A stretch of 64,000 nt of DNA from Candidatus Eiseniibacteriota bacterium (GTDB taxonomy: Bacteria > Eisenbacteria > RBG-16-71-46 > CAVPCR01): positions 672,001 through 736,000 of the forward strand of contig CAVPCR010000001.1 in assembly GCA_963702435.1 (NCBI GenBank), in the 5' to 3' direction. A program made the translations under genes and the position numbers. Below the pieces are notes generated by a model. That model worked only from the letters and a program-made list of their open reading frames with translations, searched no databases and was not told the DNA's origin. The first letter of the stretch is position 1. Each line of letters opens with the position of its first letter. Positions 51,963 to 62,099 of this stretch are shown one piece after another.

Positions 51963-52898
51963 ATGACGACGACCGCCGCCGCTCATAGCATCGAGATCCC
52001 GCTCGCGCCGCCGGCCGGATTCCGCCTCGATCCGACCGTGCGCGGCCACGGCTGGTACGATCTGCCGCCGTTCGCGCGCGCCGCCGACGGCACGCTCACC
52101 TTCCTGCACACGCACCGGTCCGCAACCGGCGCCGAGGAGGTGTTCGCGGCGCACGTGCGCGAGGAAGCTCCGGGCGCGCTCGCGCTCGCCGTGGAGACCG
52201 CGGGCGAGCCCCGGCCGGAGTTCCTCGCGGCGGCGACCGCGGTCGCGAGCGAGGTCCTCGGTTTCGCCGAGGACCTTGCCCCCTTCTACGCCCTGACCGA
52301 TCGAGACCCGCGTCTCGGCTGGGTGCGCGCGGCCGGCGCCGGCCGGCTCCTCCGCGCGCCCACCGTGTTCGAGGACCTGACCAAGCTCCTCTGCACGACG
52401 AACTGCACGTGGTCGGCGACACGGCGCATGGTCGGCGCGCTCGTGGACCACCTCGGAGCGCCGGGACCGAACGGCGGCCGCGCCTTTCCGACGCCCGCGC
52501 GCATGGCCGCGGAGCCCGAGTCCTTCTACCGGGATGTGGTCCGCGCCGGCTATCGAGCCCGCGCGCTCCGCGAGCTCGCCGCGCAGGCGGCCCGCGAGCC
52601 GGACGCGCTCGAGCGGCTCCGCCGCGTGGACTGGCCGAGCGCCCATCTCCGCCGCGCGCTCCTCGCGCTCCACGGCATCGGCCCCTACGCCGCCGAGCAG
52701 ATGCTCCGTCTCCTCGGGCGCTACGACTTTCTCGCCCTCGACAGCTGGTGCCTGGCCGCGTTCGTGCGCTTGCACGGCCGGCGGCGGCCGCCGACCCGGC
52801 GCGCGATCGAGCGCGCCTACGCTCCCTTCGGCGCCTACCGCGGGCTTGCCATGTGGCTCGACCTGACGAGCGACTGGAGCTGCCACCGGGGGCAGTGA
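51963..52898 (+). CDS. DNA-3-methyladenine glycosylase / OGG-like HhH-GPD glycosylase
   Basis: PTVFEDL, AFPTP, GYRA, LLALHGIGPYAA (HhH), D in LALDSW. Confidence 0.82.
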   Translation: MTTTAAAHSIEIPLAPPAGFRLDPTVRGHGWYDLPPFARAADGTLTFLHTHRSATGAEEVFAAHVREEAPGALALAVETAGEPRPEFLAAATAVASEVLGFAEDLAPFYALTDRDPRLGWVRAAGAGRLLRAPTVFEDLTKLLCTTNCTWSATRRMVGALVDHLGAPGPNGGRAFPTPARMAAEPESFYRDVVRAGYRARALRELAAQAAREPDALERLRRVDWPSAHLRRALLALHGIGPYAAEQMLRLLGRYDFLALDSWCLAAFVRLHGRRRPPTRRAIERAYAPFGAYRGLAMWLDLTSDWSCHRGQ

Positions 52899-52935
52899 GC
52901 GCGCCGCGGCGGGGCAGCGCTCGGCCGCGCGACCT

Positions 52936-54166
52936 TCAGGGCCCCGCCAGGAGGCGCAGGAGCTCGTCCGTCCGCACGCGGGCGAGTCCGACTTCCCCTC
53001 CCTGGGTCACGTTCCGATCGTAGATCCCGTTGAACCACAGGTAGACGTGATCGCCGCGCTCGAGCGCGTTCATCCCGTAGACCATGGCGTCGTCCCAGGT
53101 TCCGTCGCGCGACGGCGCGAGAACGTTCTGGCGCCCGGCGGGATCGAAGGCGAAGCCGTCGGGCGAGTGGACGGCATGCATCTCGTACTCGTCGGCGCGC
53201 GTGGGCGCGCTCGCGAAGAGGATCGCGCTCCCGTCCGCGCGCAGGAGGACGTCCGCGGTGTAGATCCCGGCCTGCCCCGGGCTGGCGGCGAGCTCGTAGA
53301 TCGGGTTGTCGGGATACTTGACCCAGTGGATGCCGTCGGCCGAGAGGGCGAGGCCGACCGCGAAGAGCCCGTCCGCGTCGCGGGCGCCGCAGTAGTACAT
53401 GCGATAGCCGTCGCCGGCGCGGACGACGCACGGATCGACAACCTGCGCCCCGTCCCAGTCACCGCGCAGTCCGACCGCGAGCACCCGCCCGTGCCGCCGC
53501 CAGTCGCGCCCGTTCGGCGACGTGGCGTAGCCGAACCCGTCGTAGAGATCGCCGCGCTTCCCCGCATACCACATGCGGAAGCGCTCGTCCGGCGGCGCTT
53601 GCGGATCGACGATCACGCTCGGGAAAGGCGATGGTCGTCGAGTCCCACGCCGCAGTCGTCGTGTCGGGCGTGAAGACGACGCCGAGCTTGGTCCAGTTGA
53701 TGCCGTCGGGGGCCACCGCGGCCGCGATCTCCCAGCGATGGTGCGCGCCGTACGCCGAGTAGAAGAGCCAGAAGAGCCCGCGCGAGGTGACGACACTCGG
53801 GTACTCGGCATGGCCCGCGTCGAGGCTTCCCTTCTTGCCGAGGAGGAGCACCGGATTGTGCGGGAACTTCTCGCAGAGGCTCGTCGAGGCCATGAGGTTC
53901 GGCTGCTCCCACGGCCGCGGCCCGCCGTCCTTGCCTTTTCTCTGCTGCAGATCCGCCGCCGTGCGCGGTTCCGGCGGGCGCGCCGCGGCCTCGCGCCAGG
54001 CTTCCGCGATCGGGTCCGGACGCGGCGGCACCGCGATCGCGTAGGGATCGCCGGCGACGGCGGGGGCGACGACGGCCACGGCGAGGGTGAAGCCGGCGAG
54101 GCCGGCGCTCGGAAAACACGCCGCCAGGCGTTCAAGGATGGATGGCGCGCGCAACATCGGCGGCAT
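52936..54166 (-). pseudogene. Secreted GH43/GH130-like five-bladed beta-propeller split by one extra base near 53621-53626
   Basis: N-half in ORF 53459..54166 (PHNPVL, EYPSV, PDGINW), C-half in ORF 52936..54315 (PSVIVD, SPNGRDW, DPCVV, SADGIHW); removing one base from TTTCCC restores TIAFPSVI. Confidence 0.75.
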
Positions 54167-54302
54167 TCTCGCATATCACGGCGCCGCGCCGGAACGGGGC
54201 GCCGCGGCCCCGCGCGGGCGGCGCGATGCGTCGGCTCGACCGCATGCACGGAAGTTGCTATGATCTCCGGCCCGACCCATCTCGGAACGGAGGTAACGAC
54301 CG

Positions 54303-55904
54303 ATGTCCGCAGCACCAGTCAAGGGCGCCGTGGCGGAAGCGCCCGCCGGCGCCGCCGGCCACGGCGAGTTCAAGAACGAGCCGCTCACCGACTTCTCGAG
54401 GCCCGAGCACCGCGAGCGGCAGCGCGAGGCGATCGCCAGGGTCCGCACCCAGCTCGGCCGCACCTACGATCTCGTGATCGGCGGGAAACGGGAGCAGGGG
54501 CCGAAGACCTTCACCTCGACCAACCCGTCCAAACCCGACGAGGTCCTCGGCATCTTCCAGCGCGCGAGCCGCGAGCAGGCCGTCGCCGCGATCGCCGCGG
54601 CCGACCGGGCCTTCGCAACCTGGAGCCGGAAGCCGGCCCGCGAGCGCTCGGACCTCCTCTTCCGCGCCGCCGCGCTCATGCGCGCCCGCCGCTTCGAGCT
54701 CAACGCGTGGATGATCCTCGAGGTCGGGAAGAACTACGGCGAGGCCGACGGCGACACCGCCGAGGCCATCGACTTCCTCGAGTTCTATGCCCGCGAGAAT
54801 CTGCGCTACTCCGCAGAGCAGCCGCTGACCCGCCTCCCCGGCGAGAAGAACGAGCTCGTCTACATCCCGCTCGGGGTCGGCGCCGTGATCCCGCCCTGGA
54901 ACTTCCCGCTCGCGATCCTGGCCGGGATGACGACCGCGGCCGCCGTCGCCGGCAACACGGTCGTGCTCAAGCCGGCGAGCGATTCACCGGCGATCGCGGC
55001 GCAGTTCTTCGCCATCCTCGAGGAGGCGGGGCTGCCGGCCGGTGTCGTCAACTTCCTGACCGGCTCGGGCGCCGAGGTCGGCGACACGATCGTCGAGCAC
55101 CCGCGCACCCGCTTCGTGTGCTTCACCGGCTCGAAGGAGGTCGGGCTCCGCATCAACACGCTCGCCGCGAAGACCCCGCCCGGGCAGATCTGGATCAAGC
55201 GGGTGGTGGCCGAGATGGGCGGCAAGGACTCGATCATCGTGGACGAGGAGGGCGACCTCGACTCGGCGGTGGCCGGGGTGGTCGCCGCCGCCTTCGGCTA
55301 CCAGGGCCAGAAGTGCTCGGCCTGCTCGCGCGCGATCGTCGCCGCTCCGCTCTACGACGAGTTCGTCGCGAAGGTGAAGGCCAGGGTCGAGGCGCTCAGG
55401 ATGGGCGACCCGGCCGAGCCCGACACCGACATGGGTCCGGTCGTGAGCGCGGGCGCGAAAGAGAAGATCATGGAGTACATCGCCGCTGGCAAGCAGGAAG
55501 GACGCCTCCTCGCGGGCGGCGAGGACCCGAAGCGCCCCGGCCACTTCATCCCACCGACCGTCTTCGCCGACGTGGCGCCCAAGGCCCGGATCTCGCTCGA
55601 GGAGATCTTCGGCCCGGTCCTCGCCATCTTGAAGGCCCGCGACTTCGACGATGCGCTCGCCATCGCCAACAACACCGAGTACGGTCTCACCGGCGCCATC
55701 TACTCGCGGAACCGGGAGAAGATCGAGCGCGCGAAGCGCGAGTTCCACGTCGGGAACCTGTACGTCAACCGGAAGTGCACGGGGGCGATGGTCGGCGCGC
55801 ATCCCTTCGGCGGCTTCAACATGTCGGGCACCGACTCGAAGGCGGGCGGGCGCGACTACCTGCTCCTGTTCCTGCAGGCGAAGGCGATGTCGGAAGCCAT
55901 GTAG
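54303..55904 (+). CDS. pruA: L-glutamate gamma-semialdehyde (P5C) dehydrogenase
   Basis: FKNEPLTDF, IPPWNFPLAI, AEMGGK, GQKCSACSR, EEIFGP, YVNRKCTGA, PFGGFNMSGTDSKAGG. Confidence 0.93.
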   Translation: MSAAPVKGAVAEAPAGAAGHGEFKNEPLTDFSRPEHRERQREAIARVRTQLGRTYDLVIGGKREQGPKTFTSTNPSKPDEVLGIFQRASREQAVAAIAAADRAFATWSRKPARERSDLLFRAAALMRARRFELNAWMILEVGKNYGEADGDTAEAIDFLEFYARENLRYSAEQPLTRLPGEKNELVYIPLGVGAVIPPWNFPLAILAGMTTAAAVAGNTVVLKPASDSPAIAAQFFAILEEAGLPAGVVNFLTGSGAEVGDTIVEHPRTRFVCFTGSKEVGLRINTLAAKTPPGQIWIKRVVAEMGGKDSIIVDEEGDLDSAVAGVVAAAFGYQGQKCSACSRAIVAAPLYDEFVAKVKARVEALRMGDPAEPDTDMGPVVSAGAKEKIMEYIAAGKQEGRLLAGGEDPKRPGHFIPPTVFADVAPKARISLEEIFGPVLAILKARDFDDALAIANNTEYGLTGAIYSRNREKIERAKREFHVGNLYVNRKCTGAMVGAHPFGGFNMSGTDSKAGGRDYLLLFLQAKAMSEAM

Positions 55905-55968
55905 ACGCGACAGGGCGGAAGCGAAAGACGAGCGCCGGTGGCCGCGAGGCGGCTGCCGGCGTTCGTCG

Positions 55969-57564
55969 TCAGCGGCCCTTCTTGGCCTCGTCGATGAAGC
56001 GGAGCCGGCCGCGGATCACGTTCCCGAGCAGCGTGAGGCCGGACTCGATCTCCCGCGCCTGCTCGAAGCGCTGCTTGGCCTCGCCGTACTCCTTCGCCGC
56101 GAGGGCGATCTCGCCGAGGCGGAGGCAGCTCATGAGGCGCGTCGATTCGAAGCCCGTGTCGTTCGTGGCATCGGCGATCGCGCGGTAGCCCGCGCGGGCT
56201 TCGGCGATCTCGCCGAGCTCCCGGTGGACCTCCGCGTCGAGGTAGCTGACCCGCGGGTCCTCGCCGAACTCCCGGCGCACCTCGACCACTCGCCGGCGCG
56301 CCGCTTCGGCATCCGGCGTGCGCCCGTAGAGATCTTGCCGCACCGCGGCCAGGGCGCGAAAGAGGTCCTGCTGGCGGCGGCTCGTCCGCACGTCGCGGTA
56401 GGGACGCGCCTGCGCGTGGTAACGGCTCCACCGGTCCTCGTCGAGCACGCGCGCCGCGTAGCGGTGGGCGGCGTCCGCATCTCCCATGCTAGACTCCAGG
56501 TTGGCGAGCCCGATCAGCGCGCGCGGCATGAGCCAGAAGGGATCGGACGGCGCCGCCTCGACGATCCGCTCGAGATCGCGGCGCGCGGCCTCGTGCTCCC
56601 CCACTTGATTCGAGAGACGGGCCCGGAACCAGAGAATCCGGTAGCAATAGAGATCATCGTAGCCGCGCACGCGCGTCCGCCAACCGTCGACGACACGCGT
56701 CTGCGCGTCGATCGCCGCCTGGCTCTTCTCGGGGTAGATGAACGCCGTCGAGCCGAGGAGCTCGACGAGGCGCGGGCTGTACGGGTACTTGGCGGCCAGG
56801 TCCTCGAAGGCGGCGACCGACTCGTTGATCTGTCCCTCGAAGAGGTAGTTGATGACGGTCAGCACGACCTTCGAGTCGAGCGCGGTGTAGGTGTCGGTCG
56901 CGGCCGCGCCGCGCGCGAGAAGGCGCAATCCCTCGCTCTTGTTACCGCTGGGAATGCGGGCGAAGAACTTCACGAACTTGACGATCGACGGCAGGATATC
57001 GGCGAAGTAGAGATAACCGCCGACGATGACGCCGGCATCGGGATCCTCGCCGTGCTCCTCCCGGTAGTGGTCGAGATCCCCCTTCCCCTTCCGGCTCTCG
57101 CTGCCAGCGGCCCAGATCTGGCCGGCGATCGCGTGGTTCTGCGCCTTCATCATGTGCGCCCAGCCGCGGTAGAGCGTGCCGGCCGGGTCCTTGGGACGAA
57201 GGGAGAGGATCGAGTCGCAGCGGGCGATCGCGCGATCGAGCGGCGCGTTCAGCGCGGGGATCAGGCGCACCGCCCGGCTCTCCTCGTTCAGATCGTCGGG
57301 GTAGTTCTCGCGGAGCACGCGATAGCGGAAGAGCTCGACGCGCGGATCAGTGGGCGCGAGCGCCGCCGCGGCGTCGACGGCCGCCTGCGCCGAATCGATC
57401 TGCCCGTCGTAGATGAGCTCGACGCTCCGGCGGATGAGAAGGCTGACCTCCGCCTCGAGCCGCGGATCGGCGTGGACCGGGTAGGCGGCGCGGGCCGCCG
57501 GGACCGCCAGGAGTACGCCGGCGACGAAGAGGAGAGCGACCCGGAACCGGGCGGCAGGCAGCAT
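55969..57564 (-). CDS. Secreted tetratricopeptide-repeat protein
   Basis: Signal peptide (…AVPAARA), helical TPR-like repeats. Confidence 0.7.
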   Translation of the reverse strand: MLPAARFRVALLFVAGVLLAVPAARAAYPVHADPRLEAEVSLLIRRSVELIYDGQIDSAQAAVDAAAALAPTDPRVELFRYRVLRENYPDDLNEESRAVRLIPALNAPLDRAIARCDSILSLRPKDPAGTLYRGWAHMMKAQNHAIAGQIWAAGSESRKGKGDLDHYREEHGEDPDAGVIVGGYLYFADILPSIVKFVKFFARIPSGNKSEGLRLLARGAAATDTYTALDSKVVLTVINYLFEGQINESVAAFEDLAAKYPYSPRLVELLGSTAFIYPEKSQAAIDAQTRVVDGWRTRVRGYDDLYCYRILWFRARLSNQVGEHEAARRDLERIVEAAPSDPFWLMPRALIGLANLESSMGDADAAHRYAARVLDEDRWSRYHAQARPYRDVRTSRRQQDLFRALAAVRQDLYGRTPDAEAARRRVVEVRREFGEDPRVSYLDAEVHRELGEIAEARAGYRAIADATNDTGFESTRLMSCLRLGEIALAAKEYGEAKQRFEQAREIESGLTLLGNVIRGRLRFIDEAKKGR

Positions 57565-57730
57565 CCGGCGATCCACGCGCGCTCGACGGCGGCGCACTCC
57601 ATCTCCCTCGCTCAACGCACCCCCTGTGCTAGACTCCATCGCTCTCCCGGTTCTCTGTGGCGAGCGCGATCTTGCCGCAAAGAGACGCCGATCGCAATCG
57701 GACCGCGCGGTGCGACCCGCAGAACCCGAC

Positions 57731-58903
57731 ATGACCCAGCCGAGCAAGACGCACTCCGCCTCCCGCCCGCCGGCCGCCTCCGGAGCGGATCCCGATGTCC
57801 TGGTCATCGGCGGCGGCGTCATTGGTGCCGCCGTCGCCTTCGCCCTCGCCGGCCGCGGCGCGCGCGTCACCGTGCTCGAGCGCGGCTCGGCCGGGCACGA
57901 GACCTCGGCGGTCGCCGCCGGCATGCTGTCGCCGCAGGCCGAAGCCGAGGGCCCGAGCCCTTTCCTCGACTTCGGCCTCGCCTGCCGCGCCCGCTACGGC
58001 GACTGGGTGCGCGAGGTGAGCGCCGCGGCGGCGATGCCGATCGACTACCGGCCGACGGCGGTCCTCAACCTGGCTCTCACCGCGGAGCGCGTGACCGAGC
58101 TCACGGCGCGGCGCGACTGGCAGCGCCCCATGGGTCTCGAGGCCGAGTGGCTCTCGGGCGAGGAGGCCCGCCGGCGCGAACCGATCCTCGCCGCAGGTCT
58201 CCCCGGTGCGCTCCTCCTGCCCGCGGAGGCGTGGGTGGACGCGGCATCGCTCTCCGCCGCTCTCGTCGCGGCCGCCGGGCGGCGCGGCGTACGCTTCGAG
58301 GAGCCGGTCGCCGTGACCGCCCTCGACGTGAACGGGGGCCGCGTGACCGGAGTCCGCGCGGGAGAGAGGCGCTTCAGAGCGGGCGCCGTCGTCCTCGCCG
58401 CCGGGGCCTGGTCGAGCCGGATCGCCGGCGTGCCGATCCCGGAGGACTGGATCACCCCGCGCCGCGGCCAGGTCATGATCCTCCGCCGGGGGGGACCCGC
58501 GCTCCGCCACATCCTCTACACGCACGGGGCTTACGTCGTTCCGCGAGCCGGGGACGAGATCATCGTGGGCACGACGGTCGAGGAAGCGGGGTACGAGCGG
58601 GTGGCGACGGCAGGCGGCCTCCGCTCGATCGTGGCGGCGGTGGCCCGCTACGCGCCCGCGATCGAGGAGGCCCCCGTGGTGAGCGTCGCGGCCGGGCTCC
58701 GCCCGCATTCGCGGGACGGCCTGCCGCTCCTCGGTCCGCTCGCGCGACTCCCCGGGCTCGTGTTCGCAACCGGGCACTTCCGCAACGGGATCCTCCTCGC
58801 GCCGCTCTCGGGCGAGCTCGTGGCGGAGGCGATCGCGAGCGGGCGGACGCCGGACGCGCTCGCCCCCTTCCTGCCGGATCGGGTGCCGGATCTGGCGAGG
58901 TGA
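57731..58903 (+). CDS. thiO: Glycine oxidase ThiO / D-amino-acid oxidase family
   Basis: VIGGGVIG, SAVAAGML, AAGAWS, PRRGQ, GLRP, ATGHFRNGILLAP. Confidence 0.82.
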   Translation: MTQPSKTHSASRPPAASGADPDVLVIGGGVIGAAVAFALAGRGARVTVLERGSAGHETSAVAAGMLSPQAEAEGPSPFLDFGLACRARYGDWVREVSAAAAMPIDYRPTAVLNLALTAERVTELTARRDWQRPMGLEAEWLSGEEARRREPILAAGLPGALLLPAEAWVDAASLSAALVAAAGRRGVRFEEPVAVTALDVNGGRVTGVRAGERRFRAGAVVLAAGAWSSRIAGVPIPEDWITPRRGQVMILRRGGPALRHILYTHGAYVVPRAGDEIIVGTTVEEAGYERVATAGGLRSIVAAVARYAPAIEEAPVVSVAAGLRPHSRDGLPLLGPLARLPGLVFATGHFRNGILLAPLSGELVAEAIASGRTPDALAPFLPDRVPDLAR

Positions 58904-58908
58904 TACCG

Positions 58909-59217
58909 ATGGCGGTCTATGCGGAGACCCTGCAACTCAAGGTGCCGCTCGACCAGCGGCGGCACTATCTCGCCGGCATGGAGAAGCTCCGGCAGCTGTT
59001 GGCCGCCGAGCAGGGCATCGCGCGCTTCCTCGTGCTCGAGGATCGCGAGAAGCTCGGGCTGTTCGTCGAGATCATCGAGTATGCAAGCCCCGAGGCGCAG
59101 GCGGCCCTCGCCGCCGATGCATCCTTCCGCGAGCGCCTGGCCGCGATCGATCGCGAGATCGAGTCCCTGCTCGCGGGAGAGAAGCGCGCGCGGCGCGTGG
59201 TGGTCGACCGGCTGTGA
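58909..59217 (+). CDS. Small hypothetical protein (possible dimeric alpha/beta-barrel)
   Basis: GAGG RBS; 102 aa; coupled between thiO and the DMT gene (C-terminal end of ORF 55651..59217). Confidence 0.65.
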   Translation: MAVYAETLQLKVPLDQRRHYLAGMEKLRQLLAAEQGIARFLVLEDREKLGLFVEIIEYASPEAQAALAADASFRERLAAIDREIESLLAGEKRARRVVVDRL

Positions 59218-60149
59218 GCGGACCGCCGCCCTCCCAGTCGCTCTCACGTTCGCACTCGCCGTCGCCCGCGTCCTTGCACTTGCCCCCGCACCCCCTTGCC
59301 CATCGCGCCGAGATCATCCTCGTCCTCGCCACCGCGACCTGGGGCCTCACCTTCCCGCTCATCAAGAACGCGCTCGCCGACGCGACACCGATGAGCTTCA
59401 TCGCGCTCCGCTTCACGCTCGCCGCGCTCCTTCTCCTCCCCTTCCTCCGCGGGCCGCTCCGCGTGCCCGATCGCCGCGCCGCGCGCGACGGCATCCTCCT
59501 CGGCGTCCTCTTCGCGGTCGGCTGGACCTTCCAGACCTTCGGCCTCGCGCACACGACCGCCAGCAAGTCGGCGTTCCTGACCGGCACCTGCGTCCTCCTC
59601 GTGCCGGCCCTGTCGTGGCTCCTCGAGGGCGAGCGGCCGCCGCTCGCCTCGGTCGCGGGCGCGCTCCTGGCGGTCCTCGGCATCGGGCTCCTCACCCGAC
59701 CCGAGGACATGCGCATGAACCTGGGTGATGTCCTCACCCTCGGCTGCGCTGTCGTCTTCGGGCTCGAGATCGTGGCGCTGCAGGTGTTCTCGCGGCGGCA
59801 CGGGCCGTGGGGGCTCATGTGGCCCGCGATCGCGACGACCGCGCTCCTCGCAGCGCTCGCCACGCCGTTCGAGGGGCCGCGCGTCGAGTGGACGCCGCGC
59901 CTCGGCGTCGCGCTCGCGTTCACCGGCATCGTCGCCACCGCGATCGCGCTCGTTCTCCACATGCGCTGGCAGAGGGAGACGACCGCGGTGCGCGCGGCCG
60001 TCATCTACTCCCTCGAGCCGGTCTTCGCGCTCCTCTTCGCCGCGGCGCTCTTCGGCGAGCGGATGCCGCCCTTGAGCCTCGCGGGCGGCGCCGCGATCGT
60101 CGGCGGCGTCCTCGTCTCGGAGCTCGGGAAGGTCGCGCCCGCCGGCTGA
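59214..60149 (+). CDS. DMT/EamA family transporter
   Basis: WGLTFP, ALRF, QTFGLAHTTASKSAFL, GDVLTLGCA, YSLEPVFA. Confidence 0.9.
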   Translation: MSGPPPSQSLSRSHSPSPASLHLPPHPLAHRAEIILVLATATWGLTFPLIKNALADATPMSFIALRFTLAALLLLPFLRGPLRVPDRRAARDGILLGVLFAVGWTFQTFGLAHTTASKSAFLTGTCVLLVPALSWLLEGERPPLASVAGALLAVLGIGLLTRPEDMRMNLGDVLTLGCAVVFGLEIVALQVFSRRHGPWGLMWPAIATTALLAALATPFEGPRVEWTPRLGVALAFTGIVATAIALVLHMRWQRETTAVRAAVIYSLEPVFALLFAAALFGERMPPLSLAGGAAIVGGVLVSELGKVAPAG

Positions 60150-60174
60150 GAGCAGGCGATCTGCGGCGCGCGCG

Positions 60175-60600
60175 CTACCGGCGTTCGGCCGCCTCGAGGT
60201 GCCGCGGCGCGTGGAACATGAGGAGGCACGCGCTCATCATGATGAACGGCACCATGAGCTGCACCTGGCGCGTGAGGAGATAGAGGACGAGCCCGTAGAC
60301 GGCGACCGCCTCGGAGAGCGCCCAGGTGAGGACGAAGCCGTGCGTCAGACGCTGGGCGCCGGCCTCCGACTCGGGATCGAGGGTCCCGTTCTGGAGCGGC
60401 TGGATGACGATCGCGCGCCGGAGGAGAAGGGAAGCGACCGACGTCAGGACCGCGACCACGCCGAGCAACGTGAAGAGCACGCCGAAATCGGTGGTCTCAT
60501 AGGTCATCGGCGGCGCCGGCATGAAGAGCGGGATCGAGAGATAGACGAGGAGCGACACGGCCATCGCGGCCCAGATCGCCCAGCGGCTCTGCTGCACCAT
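60175..60600 (-). CDS. Small four-TM membrane protein
   Basis: Hydrophobic helices; WALSEAVAVYGLVL motif. Confidence 0.7.
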   Translation of the reverse strand: MVQQSRWAIWAAMAVSLLVYLSIPLFMPAPPMTYETTDFGVLFTLLGVVAVLTSVASLLLRRAIVIQPLQNGTLDPESEAGAQRLTHGFVLTWALSEAVAVYGLVLYLLTRQVQLMVPFIMMSACLLMFHAPRHLEAAERR

Positions 60601-60804
60601 GCTGATCCTCCGCGTTGCGGCGGCGGCGGGGCACGCGACCCGTTGGACGCGGTCCGCCTCCGCACCGGTCGGTGATCGAGGCGCTCCCCGGTGATCGAGG
60701 AACGCCGCCATGGTTATCGGCAGCAGCAGCCGGGCCCGTGAACTCCGCACCGACCGGGCGCGGCCCGGCGCTCGCGCCTCGCCCTGTCTCCCGGTGATAC
60801 GGCG

Positions 60805-61386
60805 TCACGGAGCGGGTGAGTTCGCCCGCTCCGGGCGCAGGCTCGCGAGGAGGATCGCCGCCACGGCATCCAGGTGCTCGGGCTGGCCCATCCCGCGGGA
60901 CACCAGCATGGCGCCCTCCAGGGAGCTGACGAGGAAAGCCGCCACCGACTCGGGCGAGCCGGCGAACTTGAGGTCGCCGCGCGTCCGCCCCGCAGTGAGG
61001 AGACGCGCCAACCACGCCTCGTTCTCCGTGAAGAACTCCGCTACGCCCTCCCGCATGGGCGCGGGCAGGGTGGCGACATCGGCAGCCAGCATTCCGCACA
61101 TGCACATGCGTTTCTTGCGCAGCACGGACCGGTAGAGGTCGACATAGCGCGCGAGCTGCTCGCCGGCATCGTCCGCGGACTCGATGGCGTCGAGCGCGGC
61201 GTGAAAGTGCCGCCGATAGCGATCGATGAGCGCCACGCCGAGGTCCGCCTTGGTGGCGAAGTGGTGATGCAGGCTGGCCTTCTGGATGCCGAGAGCCTGG
61301 GACACGTCGGCATAGCTGAAGGCATTGAAGCCGCGCACCTGGACCAGGCGTTCGGCGACGTCGAGAATCCGGTCGACCGTTCCCAC
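60805..61386 (-). CDS. TetR/AcrR family regulator (NemR/LmrA-like)
   Basis: RILDVAERLVQVRGFNAFSYADVS...KASLHHHFATKADL, CMCGML, SSLEGAML; start uncertain. Confidence 0.9.
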   Translation of the reverse strand: MGTVDRILDVAERLVQVRGFNAFSYADVSQALGIQKASLHHHFATKADLGVALIDRYRRHFHAALDAIESADDAGEQLARYVDLYRSVLRKKRMCMCGMLAADVATLPAPMREGVAEFFTENEAWLARLLTAGRTRGDLKFAGSPESVAAFLVSSLEGAMLVSRGMGQPEHLDAVAAILLASLRPERANSPAP

Positions 61387-61504
61387 TTGGCGTCTGGCAC
61401 CCACTGCTCTGCTCCCCGCTGCTCTGCCCACTGCTCTGCTCCCCGGACCGATGGGTTCGCTTCGCCGGCCGCACCCGCCCCCAACGGCCGGCCGGTCGAC
61501 TCGC

Positions 61505-61534
61505 TTGCATTACCTACCTACTAGATGGTAGGCT
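61505..61534 (+). promoter_or_regulatory. Palindromic operator CCTACC-TACTAGAT-GGTAGG (61513-61532) within promoter TTGCAT-N18-TAGGCT
   Basis: Inverted repeat between divergent TetR and cupin genes, overlapping the spacer and -10. Confidence 0.7.
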
Positions 61535-61595
61535 ATGGCCAGGACAGGGACAAGGAAAACAGTCCCGCAATCCCCGCAACCCGACAGGAGGAGCT

Positions 61596-62042
61596 ATGAC
61601 AGAGCGTCGTTTTGTTCTCGTCATCCTGGCCGCGCTCACCCTCGCCGTGACGTTCTCGCCGACCCCGGCCGCCGCGGCGGCGACGTTCACTCCGATGTCC
61701 GATCTCAAGTGGTCCGCGGCTGCGATCCCGGGCGTGTCGACCGCGGTCGTCGAGGGCGACATGACCAAGGGCCCGAGCCACTTCTACTTGAAGTATGACC
61801 CCGGTCTCGTGACGCCCGTCCATCACCATTCGCCGGACCACTATGTGACGGTCGTGTCTGGCACGCTCGTGCTCACCGTGGACGGCAAGGAGCACCGTCT
61901 GGGGCCGGGTTCGTTCTTCGCGCTCACGGGCAAGGCGAAGCACGCGGCCCGCGTCGAGGGCAAGGATCCCGCCGTGATGTTCATCGCCGCGCGGGGCGCC
62001 TGGGACGTCGTGCCGGAATCGGCGGCGGCGGACAAGGAATAG
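61596..62042 (+). CDS. Secreted cupin (DUF4437-like)
   Basis: Signal peptide; PVHHHSPDHYVTVVSG...LGPGSF...KHAA. Confidence 0.85.
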   Translation: MTERRFVLVILAALTLAVTFSPTPAAAAATFTPMSDLKWSAAAIPGVSTAVVEGDMTKGPSHFYLKYDPGLVTPVHHHSPDHYVTVVSGTLVLTVDGKEHRLGPGSFFALTGKAKHAARVEGKDPAVMFIAARGAWDVVPESAAADKE

Positions 62043-62099
62043 AAAACAGCGTGCGGCCGGGGGCGACGACCCGGCGCCCCCCGGCCGCGCCTGACCTGG

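Noticed and set aside
54244..54260. Sigma-54 promoter upstream of pruA (TGCACGGAAGTTGCT)
   Set aside because: It lacks the invariant -24 GG; an extended -10 (TGcTATGAT) explains the site better.
55651..59217. Very long alternative-frame ORFs (also 7365..10736, 17706..19760, 53573..56188 and others) as overlapping genes
   Set aside because: Arg/Ala/Pro-rich shadow ORFs expected from stop-codon scarcity at very high GC; they overlap well-supported genes and have no motifs.
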